Shown here one piece after another: positions 1-7,615 of a stretch of 37,611 bases of DNA. The stretch covers positions 2,436-40,046 of the forward strand of contig JBBTUK010000014.1 of assembly GCA_038063775.1 (NCBI GenBank), in the 5' to 3' direction. Each line of letters starts with the position of its first letter. Positions within the stretch are counted from its first letter, which is position 1. The translations under genes and the position numbers were made by a program. The stretch comes from Patescibacteria group bacterium. GTDB taxonomy: Bacteria; Patescibacteriota; Minisyncoccia; Moranbacterales; UBA2206. The notes under the pieces were generated by a model. That model was not told the origin of the DNA and did not search any database. It saw nothing but the letters and a program-made list of their open reading frames with translations.

Positions 1-558
1 GAGCATTTTTCCTCCCTTCCCTCCGTCGGTCCCAAAATGGCCGAACGGCTGGTTTTATTTTTATTCAAACAGGATCCTGGTAAAATAAAGGATTTCTCTG
101 AAAGTCTTGCCGATCTGAAAAATCTCAAGACCTGCCAGAAATGCTTCAATATTGCCGAAGGAGCTCTTTGCGAGATATGCAAAAATCCGCAACGGGACCA
201 AAAAATAATTTGCGTCGTGGAAGATCCCTTGGACATAATCTCCATTGAAAAAACTGGTGCTTACAAAGGCCTTTACCATGTTTTAGGCGGCGTTATTTTC
301 CCCAACAATGGAAACGCGGATCTTAAGATTCCGGAACTTTTGGAAAGGATAAAAAAAGAAGGATTTAAAGAAATAATTTTGGCCGTAAATCCGACCACCG
401 AGGGCGACGCTACCGCTTTGTATCTGAAAAGCAAGCTTAAAGAGTTTAATGTAAAAATAACTAGGCTGGCGCGCGGTTTATCCACCGGCGGAGATATTGA
501 ATACGCCGATGAGATAACTCTAAGCGCGGCCTTGACCAACCGAAGAGAACTAATATAA
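1..558 (+). CDS. recR: Recombination mediator RecR (5' partial, frame open from base 1)
   Basis: Frame 1 reads EHFSSLPSVGPKMAERL (HhH). It contains a C4 zinc finger CQKC...CEIC, a Toprim region with CVVE, YHVLGG and NPTTEGDATA, and ends RLARGLSTGGDIEYADEITL. Confidence 0.97.
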   Translation, partial: EHFSSLPSVGPKMAERLVLFLFKQDPGKIKDFSESLADLKNLKTCQKCFNIAEGALCEICKNPQRDQKIICVVEDPLDIISIEKTGAYKGLYHVLGGVIFPNNGNADLKIPELLERIKKEGFKEIILAVNPTTEGDATALYLKSKLKEFNVKITRLARGLSTGGDIEYADEITLSAALTNRRELI

Positions 559-574
559 TTCCATCTACCGTAAA

Positions 575-616
575 AATAAAAAACCGTCCCGACAAATCGG
601 GACGGTTTTTATTTAT
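575..616. terminator. Bidirectional intrinsic terminator between convergent recR and rplU
   Basis: Perfect 14-bp stem aaaaaccgtcccga (579-592), loop caaa, arm tcgggacggttttt (597-610), with A and T tracts on either side. Confidence 0.88.
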
Positions 617-621
617 AAAAA

Positions 622-930
622 CTATACAATAGCTGTAATTTCCACTTCCGTCATTGTCTGCCGGTGTCCGAATTTTACTTTGTATCTTTTCTTGGCTTTA
701 AATTTAATTCCAACCACCTTTTTTCCTTTAGCGGTTTTCAGAATTTTTCCCTCCACTTTTGCTCCTTTTACCAAGGGATCCCCAATTTTTATACTTTTAT
801 CCGAACCGACAAATAAAACCTCCTTGAAAGCCACCTTGCTCCCTTCTTTACCTTCTAGTTTTTCCACTTTGATTTTGTCTCCCACGCCAACTTTGTATTG
901 CTTCCCGCCAGTTTTGATGATTGCCAACAT
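622..930 (-). CDS. rplU: 50S ribosomal protein L21
   Basis: AIIKTGGKQYKV, KAKKRYKVKFGHRQ; 102 aa. Confidence 0.98.
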   Translation of the reverse strand: MLAIIKTGGKQYKVGVGDKIKVEKLEGKEGSKVAFKEVLFVGSDKSIKIGDPLVKGAKVEGKILKTAKGKKVVGIKFKAKKRYKVKFGHRQTMTEVEITAIV

Positions 931-959
931 ATGAATTACCGTGAATAATTACATAAATT

Positions 960-988
960 ATTTTATATTATCTGGCATCAACTGTCAA
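960..988 (-). promoter_or_regulatory. Sigma70-type promoter of rplU
   Basis: Minus strand TTGACA-17 bp-TAAAAT, 30 nt upstream of the ATG. Confidence 0.8.
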
Positions 989-1186
989 CTCCGCGCTAAT
1001 CTTTAAGCTAACTGCGTAGCAAGTCTGAGTCTATTTTTAAAAAGTTTGTAAGCCGTTAATTAGCCGCCCCAAATAATCTTATTTTTATTAAATTGTATTC
1101 CTAAAGGTTAGTATGAAATCAACATTTAAAGAGCGTCGCATTGACTGGACAAGGAATCGGCTTAGGGCTAACATTATAGGTGAATT

Positions 1187-2692
1187 ATGGAAAAATTAAG
1201 GCGAACTGTTTTTTTCTGGATGCTGACAGCCATATTTTTGATAACCGCTCCCTTGGTGGTTTTACGCGCCAGAGGGTACCGCTTTGATACAAGTCGGGGT
1301 GTTTTTGTGCATAGCGGTTCAATAAACATCAAGTCTAACCCCCAATCAGTAGATGTGAGCTTAAACGGCAAATTGGTCCAAGCAAAAACCTTAAGCCGCA
1401 TCAACAATTCTTACAATATTTCCGGCCTTATTCCCCGAGAGTATAGCCTGATAGTCAGCGCTAATGATTTTCAGAGTTGGGATAAAAAAACCAAGGTGCA
1501 CAGCGGAATATCCAGTGAGTTTTGGAATATCCTTCTGGTCAGAAATAACTACGAAAAAATTGCCCATGATACGAGCGGCATACAAAAATTTTTTATTTCT
1601 CCAAAAGACAAATTCGTGATTTTTAACCAGGCAATTGAAAACGGAATGGTCGCGAAGATTTTAGATATAAAAGGTAACGAGATAAAAAATGTCTTTCCCT
1701 TTCCCGGATGGAATTTGCTGGATGAAGCGAAAAAAGAAAATATAGAGTGGTCGCCTGAAGAAGATTACTTGTCCGTCCCGGTCCAAAGGACCTCGCCGGA
1801 AACCGCAGTAAAAACAGCTCCGGCCTTTGCGACCGAGAAAAAAACTGAATACGCATATTTCATTCTGGATCCAGCGGAGGATAATTTTTTTAACCTGAAT
1901 GATTTTTTGGGCAAGGCCGACATCAGGAATGTGCGTTGGGATCCGCGTGACAGAGACTATCTTTTCTTTCTGCTTAGCAATTCCCTTTACCGGGCGAATA
2001 TAAAGGAAAAGGACAATCTAAGCTTGATTGCGGAAGATGTTTCCAGCTATGAATTGTCAAAAACCGATGTTTATTTTTCCCGGCTTACCAATCAATTGGT
2101 TTACAAATCAAGTCTGGACGGCAAATCCGATAAATACCAAATAACCGATAACTTTCCTGAAGTCAACTCTCTTTTGATTGACAAGCTGATTATTTACGAT
2201 GAATCAAGAATCGCTTTCCTCAATTCCGACAAAAGACTTTTTATTTACAACAAAGGAGAGCATGGAAATTATTTCCGAAAATTGAGCGATAATATCGAAG
2301 GCATGCAATTTTCCAATGATGGTAAAAAAATTATTTACTGGACAAAGAATGAAATATCCGTTTACTTTTTGCGGGATTGGAACGTCCAGCCGACGCGCAG
2401 CGAGAATGAAATCCAAGGCATTACGCGCTACTCAGAGGAGCTTAAGAACGTCCAATGGTTCAAAGATTACGAACATATAATTTTTTCCTCCGGAGCGCAG
2501 ATAAAAATAATCGAGCTTGATTCGCGGGATCACAGAAATACTATGGATCTTCCCCGGCTGGATATTGACAACTCTTTTATTGTTTATAACAATTCTTTGG
2601 AAAAACTTTTCTTTATAGACAAGGGGCCTGCTTCGGACAATGTGCTATATTCAATAATCTTTCCCGAAAAAACGAGTATTTTAGGCTTTTAG
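1187..2692 (+). CDS. Membrane-anchored PEGA-domain protein with probable beta-propeller (TolB/WD40-like repeats)
   Basis: N-terminal TM helix, ARGYRFD, PEGA-like GSINIKSNPQSVDVSLNG...YSLIVS...W, and repeated blade motifs (ISPKDK, WSPEED, WDPRD, FSNDGKKI, WFKD). Confidence 0.75.
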   Translation: MEKLRRTVFFWMLTAIFLITAPLVVLRARGYRFDTSRGVFVHSGSINIKSNPQSVDVSLNGKLVQAKTLSRINNSYNISGLIPREYSLIVSANDFQSWDKKTKVHSGISSEFWNILLVRNNYEKIAHDTSGIQKFFISPKDKFVIFNQAIENGMVAKILDIKGNEIKNVFPFPGWNLLDEAKKENIEWSPEEDYLSVPVQRTSPETAVKTAPAFATEKKTEYAYFILDPAEDNFFNLNDFLGKADIRNVRWDPRDRDYLFFLLSNSLYRANIKEKDNLSLIAEDVSSYELSKTDVYFSRLTNQLVYKSSLDGKSDKYQITDNFPEVNSLLIDKLIIYDESRIAFLNSDKRLFIYNKGEHGNYFRKLSDNIEGMQFSNDGKKIIYWTKNEISVYFLRDWNVQPTRSENEIQGITRYSEELKNVQWFKDYEHIIFSSGAQIKIIELDSRDHRNTMDLPRLDIDNSFIVYNNSLEKLFFIDKGPASDNVLYSIIFPEKTSILGF

Positions 2693-2713
2693 ACTGCTAC
2701 AAGTGATAGGAAT

Positions 2714-2742
2714 TACAAAAACACCCACTGGGTGTTTTTGTA
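2714..2742. terminator. Probable bidirectional terminator between the PEGA gene and rpsI
   Basis: Perfect inverted repeat tacaaaaacaccca-c-tgggtgtttttgta between convergent genes. Confidence 0.7.
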
Positions 2743-2887
2743 TTCGCCCACTTTGGGTCGTCTCTTCGCTATAATATCCGCCCATTTCGGGTCGGGCTTC
2801 GCCCTCCTTCAAAGCCCTTGGTTTGAATAATTCCGCCTTGAGGAAACTACGTTTCCCCATCACCCCTTCCTTCGCAATGGTAAAAAC

Positions 2888-3364
2888 CTAGCGTTTTGCC
2901 CACTGCGGGGCTCTTCTGGCTTTTTTAAGTCCGGGTTTTTTCCTCTCCACAATCCTGGAATCTCTGGTTAATAATCCCAGATCTTTTAAGGACTTTCTCA
3001 ATGTTTCATCAAACTTGATCAAAGCTCTGGAGATGCCAAGTCTTATCGCTTCCGCCTGGCTGTTTATCCCGCCGCCGGATACCTTTACGGAAATACTGAA
3101 AATCTTGTCCTGACCAACCCTGGACAACGGAAACTTTATTAAATCCTGGAGCCGAATGATTGGAAAATAACTTGAAAGTTCTTTTCCGTTTATGCTTATC
3201 TCTGGTTCTTTTTTCCGTGATTTATAAATTCTTACTTGAGCCACAGAAGTTTTTCTTTTTCCAACAGCGGAAAAATATTTTTCCGGAAGTTGAACTTCTT
3301 CTGTTTTTTCTACTGCTGGTTCCTTCGTGGCCTTAACAATTTTTTTGGGCTTCTTTGTTGGCAT
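2888..3364 (-). CDS. rpsI: 30S ribosomal protein S9 (start corrected to MPTKK)
   Basis: GKRKTSVAQV, GGGINSQAEAIRLGISRAL, RDSRIVERKKPGLKKARRAPQWAKR. Confidence 0.97.
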   Translation of the reverse strand: MPTKKPKKIVKATKEPAVEKTEEVQLPEKYFSAVGKRKTSVAQVRIYKSRKKEPEISINGKELSSYFPIIRLQDLIKFPLSRVGQDKIFSISVKVSGGGINSQAEAIRLGISRALIKFDETLRKSLKDLGLLTRDSRIVERKKPGLKKARRAPQWAKR

Positions 3365-3445
3365 AATTTTATATATTCGTTTATTCGCATGGGCGCATTC
3401 GACCGCTTTGACTTGACTCGAGGCGAGTAGCGCCTTTTGCATGCT

Positions 3446-3844
3446 CTAGTGAGTTATTTCAATTTTGTGAGGATGTTTGGAATCTTTGTATATTAAAAGT
3501 CTGGTCATCATCCTGTTCCTGATCTTATTTTTTGAAAGCATGCCGTAAACCGCTTTTTTGACAACCTGGGTAGAATCTTTTTTCATCTGGTCTTTCAATT
3601 TTATGGAGGTTATCCCTCCCGGATAACCGCTGAACTGATGATAGATCTTGCCCTCGAGCTTATTCCCCGTAAATTTAAGTCCGTCAGAGTTGACGACAAC
3701 GACAAAGTCTCCCCCATCAATGTTGGGAGTGAAGTCGGCCTTATGTTTTCCGCGAAGAAATTTGCAAATTTCCGCAGAAAATCTTCCCAAAATCTTTCCT
3801 TGGGCGTCGAATAAATGATACTTTCTATTGATTGCTGCCTTCAT
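3446..3844 (-). CDS. rplM: 50S ribosomal protein L13
   Basis: DAQGKILGR, LRGKHKADFTPNIDGGDFVVVVN, SGYPGG. Confidence 0.98.
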   Translation of the reverse strand: MKAAINRKYHLFDAQGKILGRFSAEICKFLRGKHKADFTPNIDGGDFVVVVNSDGLKFTGNKLEGKIYHQFSGYPGGITSIKLKDQMKKDSTQVVKKAVYGMLSKNKIRNRMMTRLLIYKDSKHPHKIEITH

Positions 3845-3847
3845 ATA

Positions 3848-4213
3848 TTAATCAACAAATTCTATTATCGCCATTCTGGCTCCATCACTTTTTCTCGGGT
3901 TCAATTTGATTATCCTGGCATACCCGCTGTTTCTTCCAGAAAATTTATCCGAAAATTCTCCGCTTAATTTCTTAACCGCCTGCTCGGGCAGTTCCCTCTT
4001 CAATGCCCTGATTGCGGAAAGTTTTTTTGAATTCATTTTGATTTTTTTGGCCGTGGTTATTATTTTATCTATTTTCCCCTTGGCTTCTTTGGCCTTTGCT
4101 TCGGTCGTTTCTATTTTTTCCCGCATAATTAAACTCCCCAAAAGCGTCTTAAAGAGCGCTCTCCGCTGGCTTCTAACTCTTCCTAATTTTCTGCCTTTTC
4201 TTAAATGCCTCAT
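3848..4213 (-). CDS. rplQ: 50S ribosomal protein L17
   Basis: MRHLRKGRKLGR, IETTEAKAKE, RNSGYARI, DGARMAIIEFV. Confidence 0.98.
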   Translation of the reverse strand: MRHLRKGRKLGRVRSQRRALFKTLLGSLIMREKIETTEAKAKEAKGKIDKIITTAKKIKMNSKKLSAIRALKRELPEQAVKKLSGEFSDKFSGRNSGYARIIKLNPRKSDGARMAIIEFVD

Positions 4214-4255
4214 AGTCGCTTCGCTAAAATCAAATTTAACCTTGAATTGGTCTTA

Positions 4256-5233
4256 TTATTTTTCCTGCTTTAAATTCAGCCCGAAATCACCAATAGCCTT
4301 TTTTATTTCTTTCAGCCCCTTCGCCCCCATACCCTCAAGATCTTTCAGTTGAGACTCGTTTAATTTTATAATATCTTCAACGGTAGAAATTTTATTTTTT
4401 TCCAAAACATTCAAAGTTCGAGTAGAAAGGCTTTTGAGCGCGCCGACTTCAGTTTTCCTGGAATTTTCTTCTTCAATATTTTCTTCTTTTTTCTCATCTT
4501 TTTCAATTTTTGCTTCTTTTTTCACTGCTGGCATTTCTTCTTCTGCTTTTTCTATTTCTGAAAGAATTGAGAATTGATCCACTAAAATTGACACCGCCTT
4601 GGAAAAAGCTTCTTGCGGAGTGATGCTGCCATCAGTAGCTATTTCCAGAGTTATTTTTTCATAATCCGTTTTTTTACCCACCCGCATATTGTCAACCGCG
4701 TAATTAACCCTCCTGATTGGGGTATATATAGCGTCAACCGCGATAACCCCTATTTCTTTGTCGCCCCTCTCTTGCTGTTCCACCGGGACATAACCCAACC
4801 CGTTGCCCACTTCCACTTCAATATCCAATTCTCCTTTGGGATTGGTTATGGTCGCGATGTGAGCTTCTTTGGTTATCACTTCCGCATCCGCAGGACATTT
4901 GAACATGTCAGCTGTGATAATCTTTTCGCCCTTGACTTTGAGAGAAATTTTAACCGATTCAGCTCGGTGAATCTTAAATCTAACTTGTTTCAGATTCAGG
5001 ATAATTTGTATAACATCTTCCAATACATTTGGAATTGTGGAGAACTCGTGAGTTATTCCTTTTATTTTTACAGAAACAATAGCTGCTCCGGGCAAAGAAG
5101 ACAAGAGCACTCTACGGAGAGCATTTCCCAGAGTCGTTCCGTAACCGGGATAACATCCTTCGATTTCAAACTTACCGGTTTTTTCATCAACGCTGGTAAA
5201 TTTCGGTTTTTGAGGAATAGTTATCGCTTGCAT
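4256..5233 (-). CDS. rpoA: RNA polymerase subunit alpha
   Basis: GYGTTLGNALRRVLLSSLPG, HEFSTIPNVLEDV, and alpha-CTD LSTRTLNVL...GMGAKGLKEI. Confidence 0.98.
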   Translation of the reverse strand: MQAITIPQKPKFTSVDEKTGKFEIEGCYPGYGTTLGNALRRVLLSSLPGAAIVSVKIKGITHEFSTIPNVLEDVIQIILNLKQVRFKIHRAESVKISLKVKGEKIITADMFKCPADAEVITKEAHIATITNPKGELDIEVEVGNGLGYVPVEQQERGDKEIGVIAVDAIYTPIRRVNYAVDNMRVGKKTDYEKITLEIATDGSITPQEAFSKAVSILVDQFSILSEIEKAEEEMPAVKKEAKIEKDEKKEENIEEENSRKTEVGALKSLSTRTLNVLEKNKISTVEDIIKLNESQLKDLEGMGAKGLKEIKKAIGDFGLNLKQEK

Positions 5234-5305
5234 ATTTTTTTCTTGTTCGCCTGCCTGCCGCGAGACAGGTCTTTGGCAAGATTAATAATTATGAAAAGGT
5301 TTTAT

Positions 5306-5938
5306 TTACCTTGAATAATATTCAACTATAACTTGGGCATCTACATTTATGCCCGTATCGTTTTTACCCGGCAGACTAACTATTTTGCCTTCCAATTTTT
5401 GCTCATCAAAACTCAGCCAAGTGGGAAAATCCTTTTTATTTTTAATTACCGGTGCCAAATTCTTAAAGTAGTTCTTTTCCTTTTTTCGCGAATTTATTGA
5501 AATAATCTGACCGATTTTGACTGCAGAGGATGGAATGGTATTTTTTTTGCCGTTTACACTCACTAATCCGTGATTCACCAATTGCCTGGCTTGCGACCGT
5601 GAACTTGCGAAGCCCAGCCGGTAAACAACATTGTCTAGCCGCATTTCCAGTCTTGAAAGCAAAAGATCTCCGGTAGAACCCGGTTTACCCTTAACTTCCT
5701 CGAAGTGTTTTCTAAACTGCTTTTCAAAAACACCATATATTCTTTTTATTTTTTGTTTTAAGGCCAGTTGGGTTCCATATTCGCTGAGATTTCTCTTGCC
5801 TTTTTTGCCATGGACGCCCGGAACATAAGACCGCCTGACAAAGCCGCATTTTGGAGTAAGACAGCGATCGCCTTTAAGAAACAGCTTTTCGCCGGCCCTT
5901 CGGCACTTCCGACATTTTGCATCTATACTTCTTGCCAT
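5306..5938 (-). CDS. rpsD: 30S ribosomal protein S4, zinc-ribbon type (start corrected to MARSID)
   Basis: CRKCRR...KLFLKGDRC...KC, LEMRLDNVVYRLGFA, RQLVNHG, ends VEYYSR. Confidence 0.97.
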   Translation of the reverse strand: MARSIDAKCRKCRRAGEKLFLKGDRCLTPKCGFVRRSYVPGVHGKKGKRNLSEYGTQLALKQKIKRIYGVFEKQFRKHFEEVKGKPGSTGDLLLSRLEMRLDNVVYRLGFASSRSQARQLVNHGLVSVNGKKNTIPSSAVKIGQIISINSRKKEKNYFKNLAPVIKNKKDFPTWLSFDEQKLEGKIVSLPGKNDTGINVDAQVIVEYYSR

Positions 5939-6020
5939 AATTATATCTTGAAACGCGTATCGTGGAACGTAGAACGATTTAAAATTTTCGTTATGCGTTA
6001 CGCGTTTTGGGTTATGTGCA

Positions 6021-6491
6021 TTATACTCTACGGGGTTTTTTCGGCCGGCATCCGTTATGCGGAATGGGTGTTTCATCTTTAATCAGAATCAAATTAAACC
6101 CATTATTGGCCAATGCCCTGATTGCTGCCTCTCGGCCTGAACCGACCCCTTTGACATAAATTTCCAATTCTTGAACGCCGTATTTTTTAACCTTTTCGCT
6201 CACATTGGCAATTACCTGAGTAGCAGCGTAAGGCGTGGCTTTTTTAGCACCTTTAAAGCCTAGAAGTCCGGATGACGACCATCCTAACACGGCACCGTTC
6301 AAATCGGAAATATTGACAATGGTGTTATTATAGGTGCACTTGATGCTGGCCATACCTTTCAGGATCTGCTTCTTGATCTTCTTGGCCTTTTCTTTTTCCG
6401 GCGCTGGGACAGTTTTTCCCGCCTCAAAAACTTTCGGCATTTGCGTCGTTTTTTCGGATTTATTTTCAGTTGTTACAGCTTTTTCGGTCAT
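6021..6491 (-). CDS. rpsK: 30S ribosomal protein S11 with charged N-terminal extension
   Basis: TYNNTIV, GFKGAKKATPYAA, TPIPHNGCRPKKPRRV. Confidence 0.98.
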   Translation of the reverse strand: MTEKAVTTENKSEKTTQMPKVFEAGKTVPAPEKEKAKKIKKQILKGMASIKCTYNNTIVNISDLNGAVLGWSSSGLLGFKGAKKATPYAATQVIANVSEKVKKYGVQELEIYVKGVGSGREAAIRALANNGFNLILIKDETPIPHNGCRPKKPRRV

Positions 6492-6588
6492 ATTTTTACC
6501 GATTCGAAACTACGAATGAATTCGGATCCACGAATAATTATTATTCACATGGACGTCCCGTCCTGAGGGATAATGCGCTTTTCACATG

Positions 6589-6975
6589 CTATGTTTTTTC
6601 AGTCTTGACTCGGCCACTGCCCATCGTCCTTCTGACATTGCCTCTGACAGTTCGAGTGTTAGTCTTGGTTCTCTGACCTCTGACGGGAAGGCCTTTTTGG
6701 TGACGCAACCCCCGGTAACAGCCTATCTCTTTCAGACGCTTGATATTAGAGCGGACCACGTGCTTAAGTTCTCCCTCTACCCGCACTTTCTTTTCAATAT
6801 AATCTCTGATTTTTTTCTGCTCTTCTTCTGACAGATCCTTGGTTTTTTTCAGTTTGGATATTTTTAGCCCCTCCAGAATTTTAGCAGCGCTAGAAAAACC
6901 TATTCCATATACATAGGTCAGGGAAATTTCTATTCTTTTTTCATCAGGGACATTGACTCCCGCGATTCTCAACAT
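6589..6975 (-). CDS. rpsM: 30S ribosomal protein S13
   Basis: RIAGVNVP, LTYVYGIG, YRGLRHQKGLPVRGQRTKTN. Confidence 0.98.
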   Translation of the reverse strand: MLRIAGVNVPDEKRIEISLTYVYGIGFSSAAKILEGLKISKLKKTKDLSEEEQKKIRDYIEKKVRVEGELKHVVRSNIKRLKEIGCYRGLRHQKGLPVRGQRTKTNTRTVRGNVRRTMGSGRVKTEKT

Positions 6976-7123
6976 ATGCGCTTCGCTAAAATCAAAATTT
7001 AAATCTCAAAATGCAAAATTATAGAATTGCTTCGCGATGACTTTTTATAAAATAATCGCGATCCCGCCTCGGCGGGAGAACACCAAAATTTTGAACTTTG
7101 ATTTTGGAATTTTGAATTAAATA

Positions 7124-7237
7124 TTAACCTTGCCTTTGCTTGTGTTTCGGAGTTGAGCAAACAACATAAAGTTTGCCTTTTCTCTTAACAAGCTTGCATT
7201 TAGCGCATATTTTCTTTACCGAGGCTCTGACTTTCAT
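7124..7237 (-). CDS. rpmJ: 50S ribosomal protein L36, zinc-binding type (below the ORF-track cutoff)
   Basis: Manual translation gives [37 protein letters not shown] (37 aa), located between infA and rpsM. Confidence 0.97.
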   Translation of the reverse strand: MKVRASVKKICAKCKLVKRKGKLYVVCSTPKHKQRQG

Positions 7238-7239
7238 AG

Positions 7240-7461
7240 TTATTTTAATCTTTGGATTATTCTTCCCTTGGTCAGGTCGTAAGGACTCATTTCAATCAAA
7301 ACCCTGTCTCCGGTAAGAAGCCTTATATAATTAACTCTCATTCTTCCGGATATATGGGCCAGTATTACATGGCCATTATCCAGTCTGACTTTGAAAGTCG
7401 TGTTAGGTAAGGTTTCTTCAACTATACCCTCGACTTTGACCAACTCTTTGTCTTTCGACAT
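7240..7461 (-). CDS. infA: Translation initiation factor IF-1
   Basis: [38 protein letters not shown]. Confidence 0.98.
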   Translation of the reverse strand: MSKDKELVKVEGIVEETLPNTTFKVRLDNGHVILAHISGRMRVNYIRLLTGDRVLIEMSPYDLTKGRIIQRLK

Positions 7462-7615
7462 AAAATAAAAAATAGACGGAGATTTCCCTTGGGTTATTCG
7501 ACCCGAGGAGGCAAATCAATCCTAATTCCTGCAGTTCATCAAAATCTTCCCTCTATTATGGTTAGCTATAGAATTTTTAATGCTTTTTGGCGTCTTTAGC
7601 AATTTTAGCAATTAT

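Noticed and set aside
989-1186. Possible ncRNA (6S, tmRNA, SRP) in the rplU-PEGA divergent spacer
   Set aside because: I found no recognisable tRNA-like ends, SRP loop or long central stem; it is explained as a divergent promoter region.
3365-3442. N-terminal extension of the rpsI ORF call (similar cases: rpsD 5939-6076, trxB 23977-24039, ccdA fusion 25455-25580)
   Set aside because: These extensions run through repeats or overlap upstream genes; downstream Met codons match family starts.
4613-5314. 233-aa plus-strand ORF and many other antisense ORFs
   Set aside because: They are shadows of well-supported minus-strand genes and carry no motifs.
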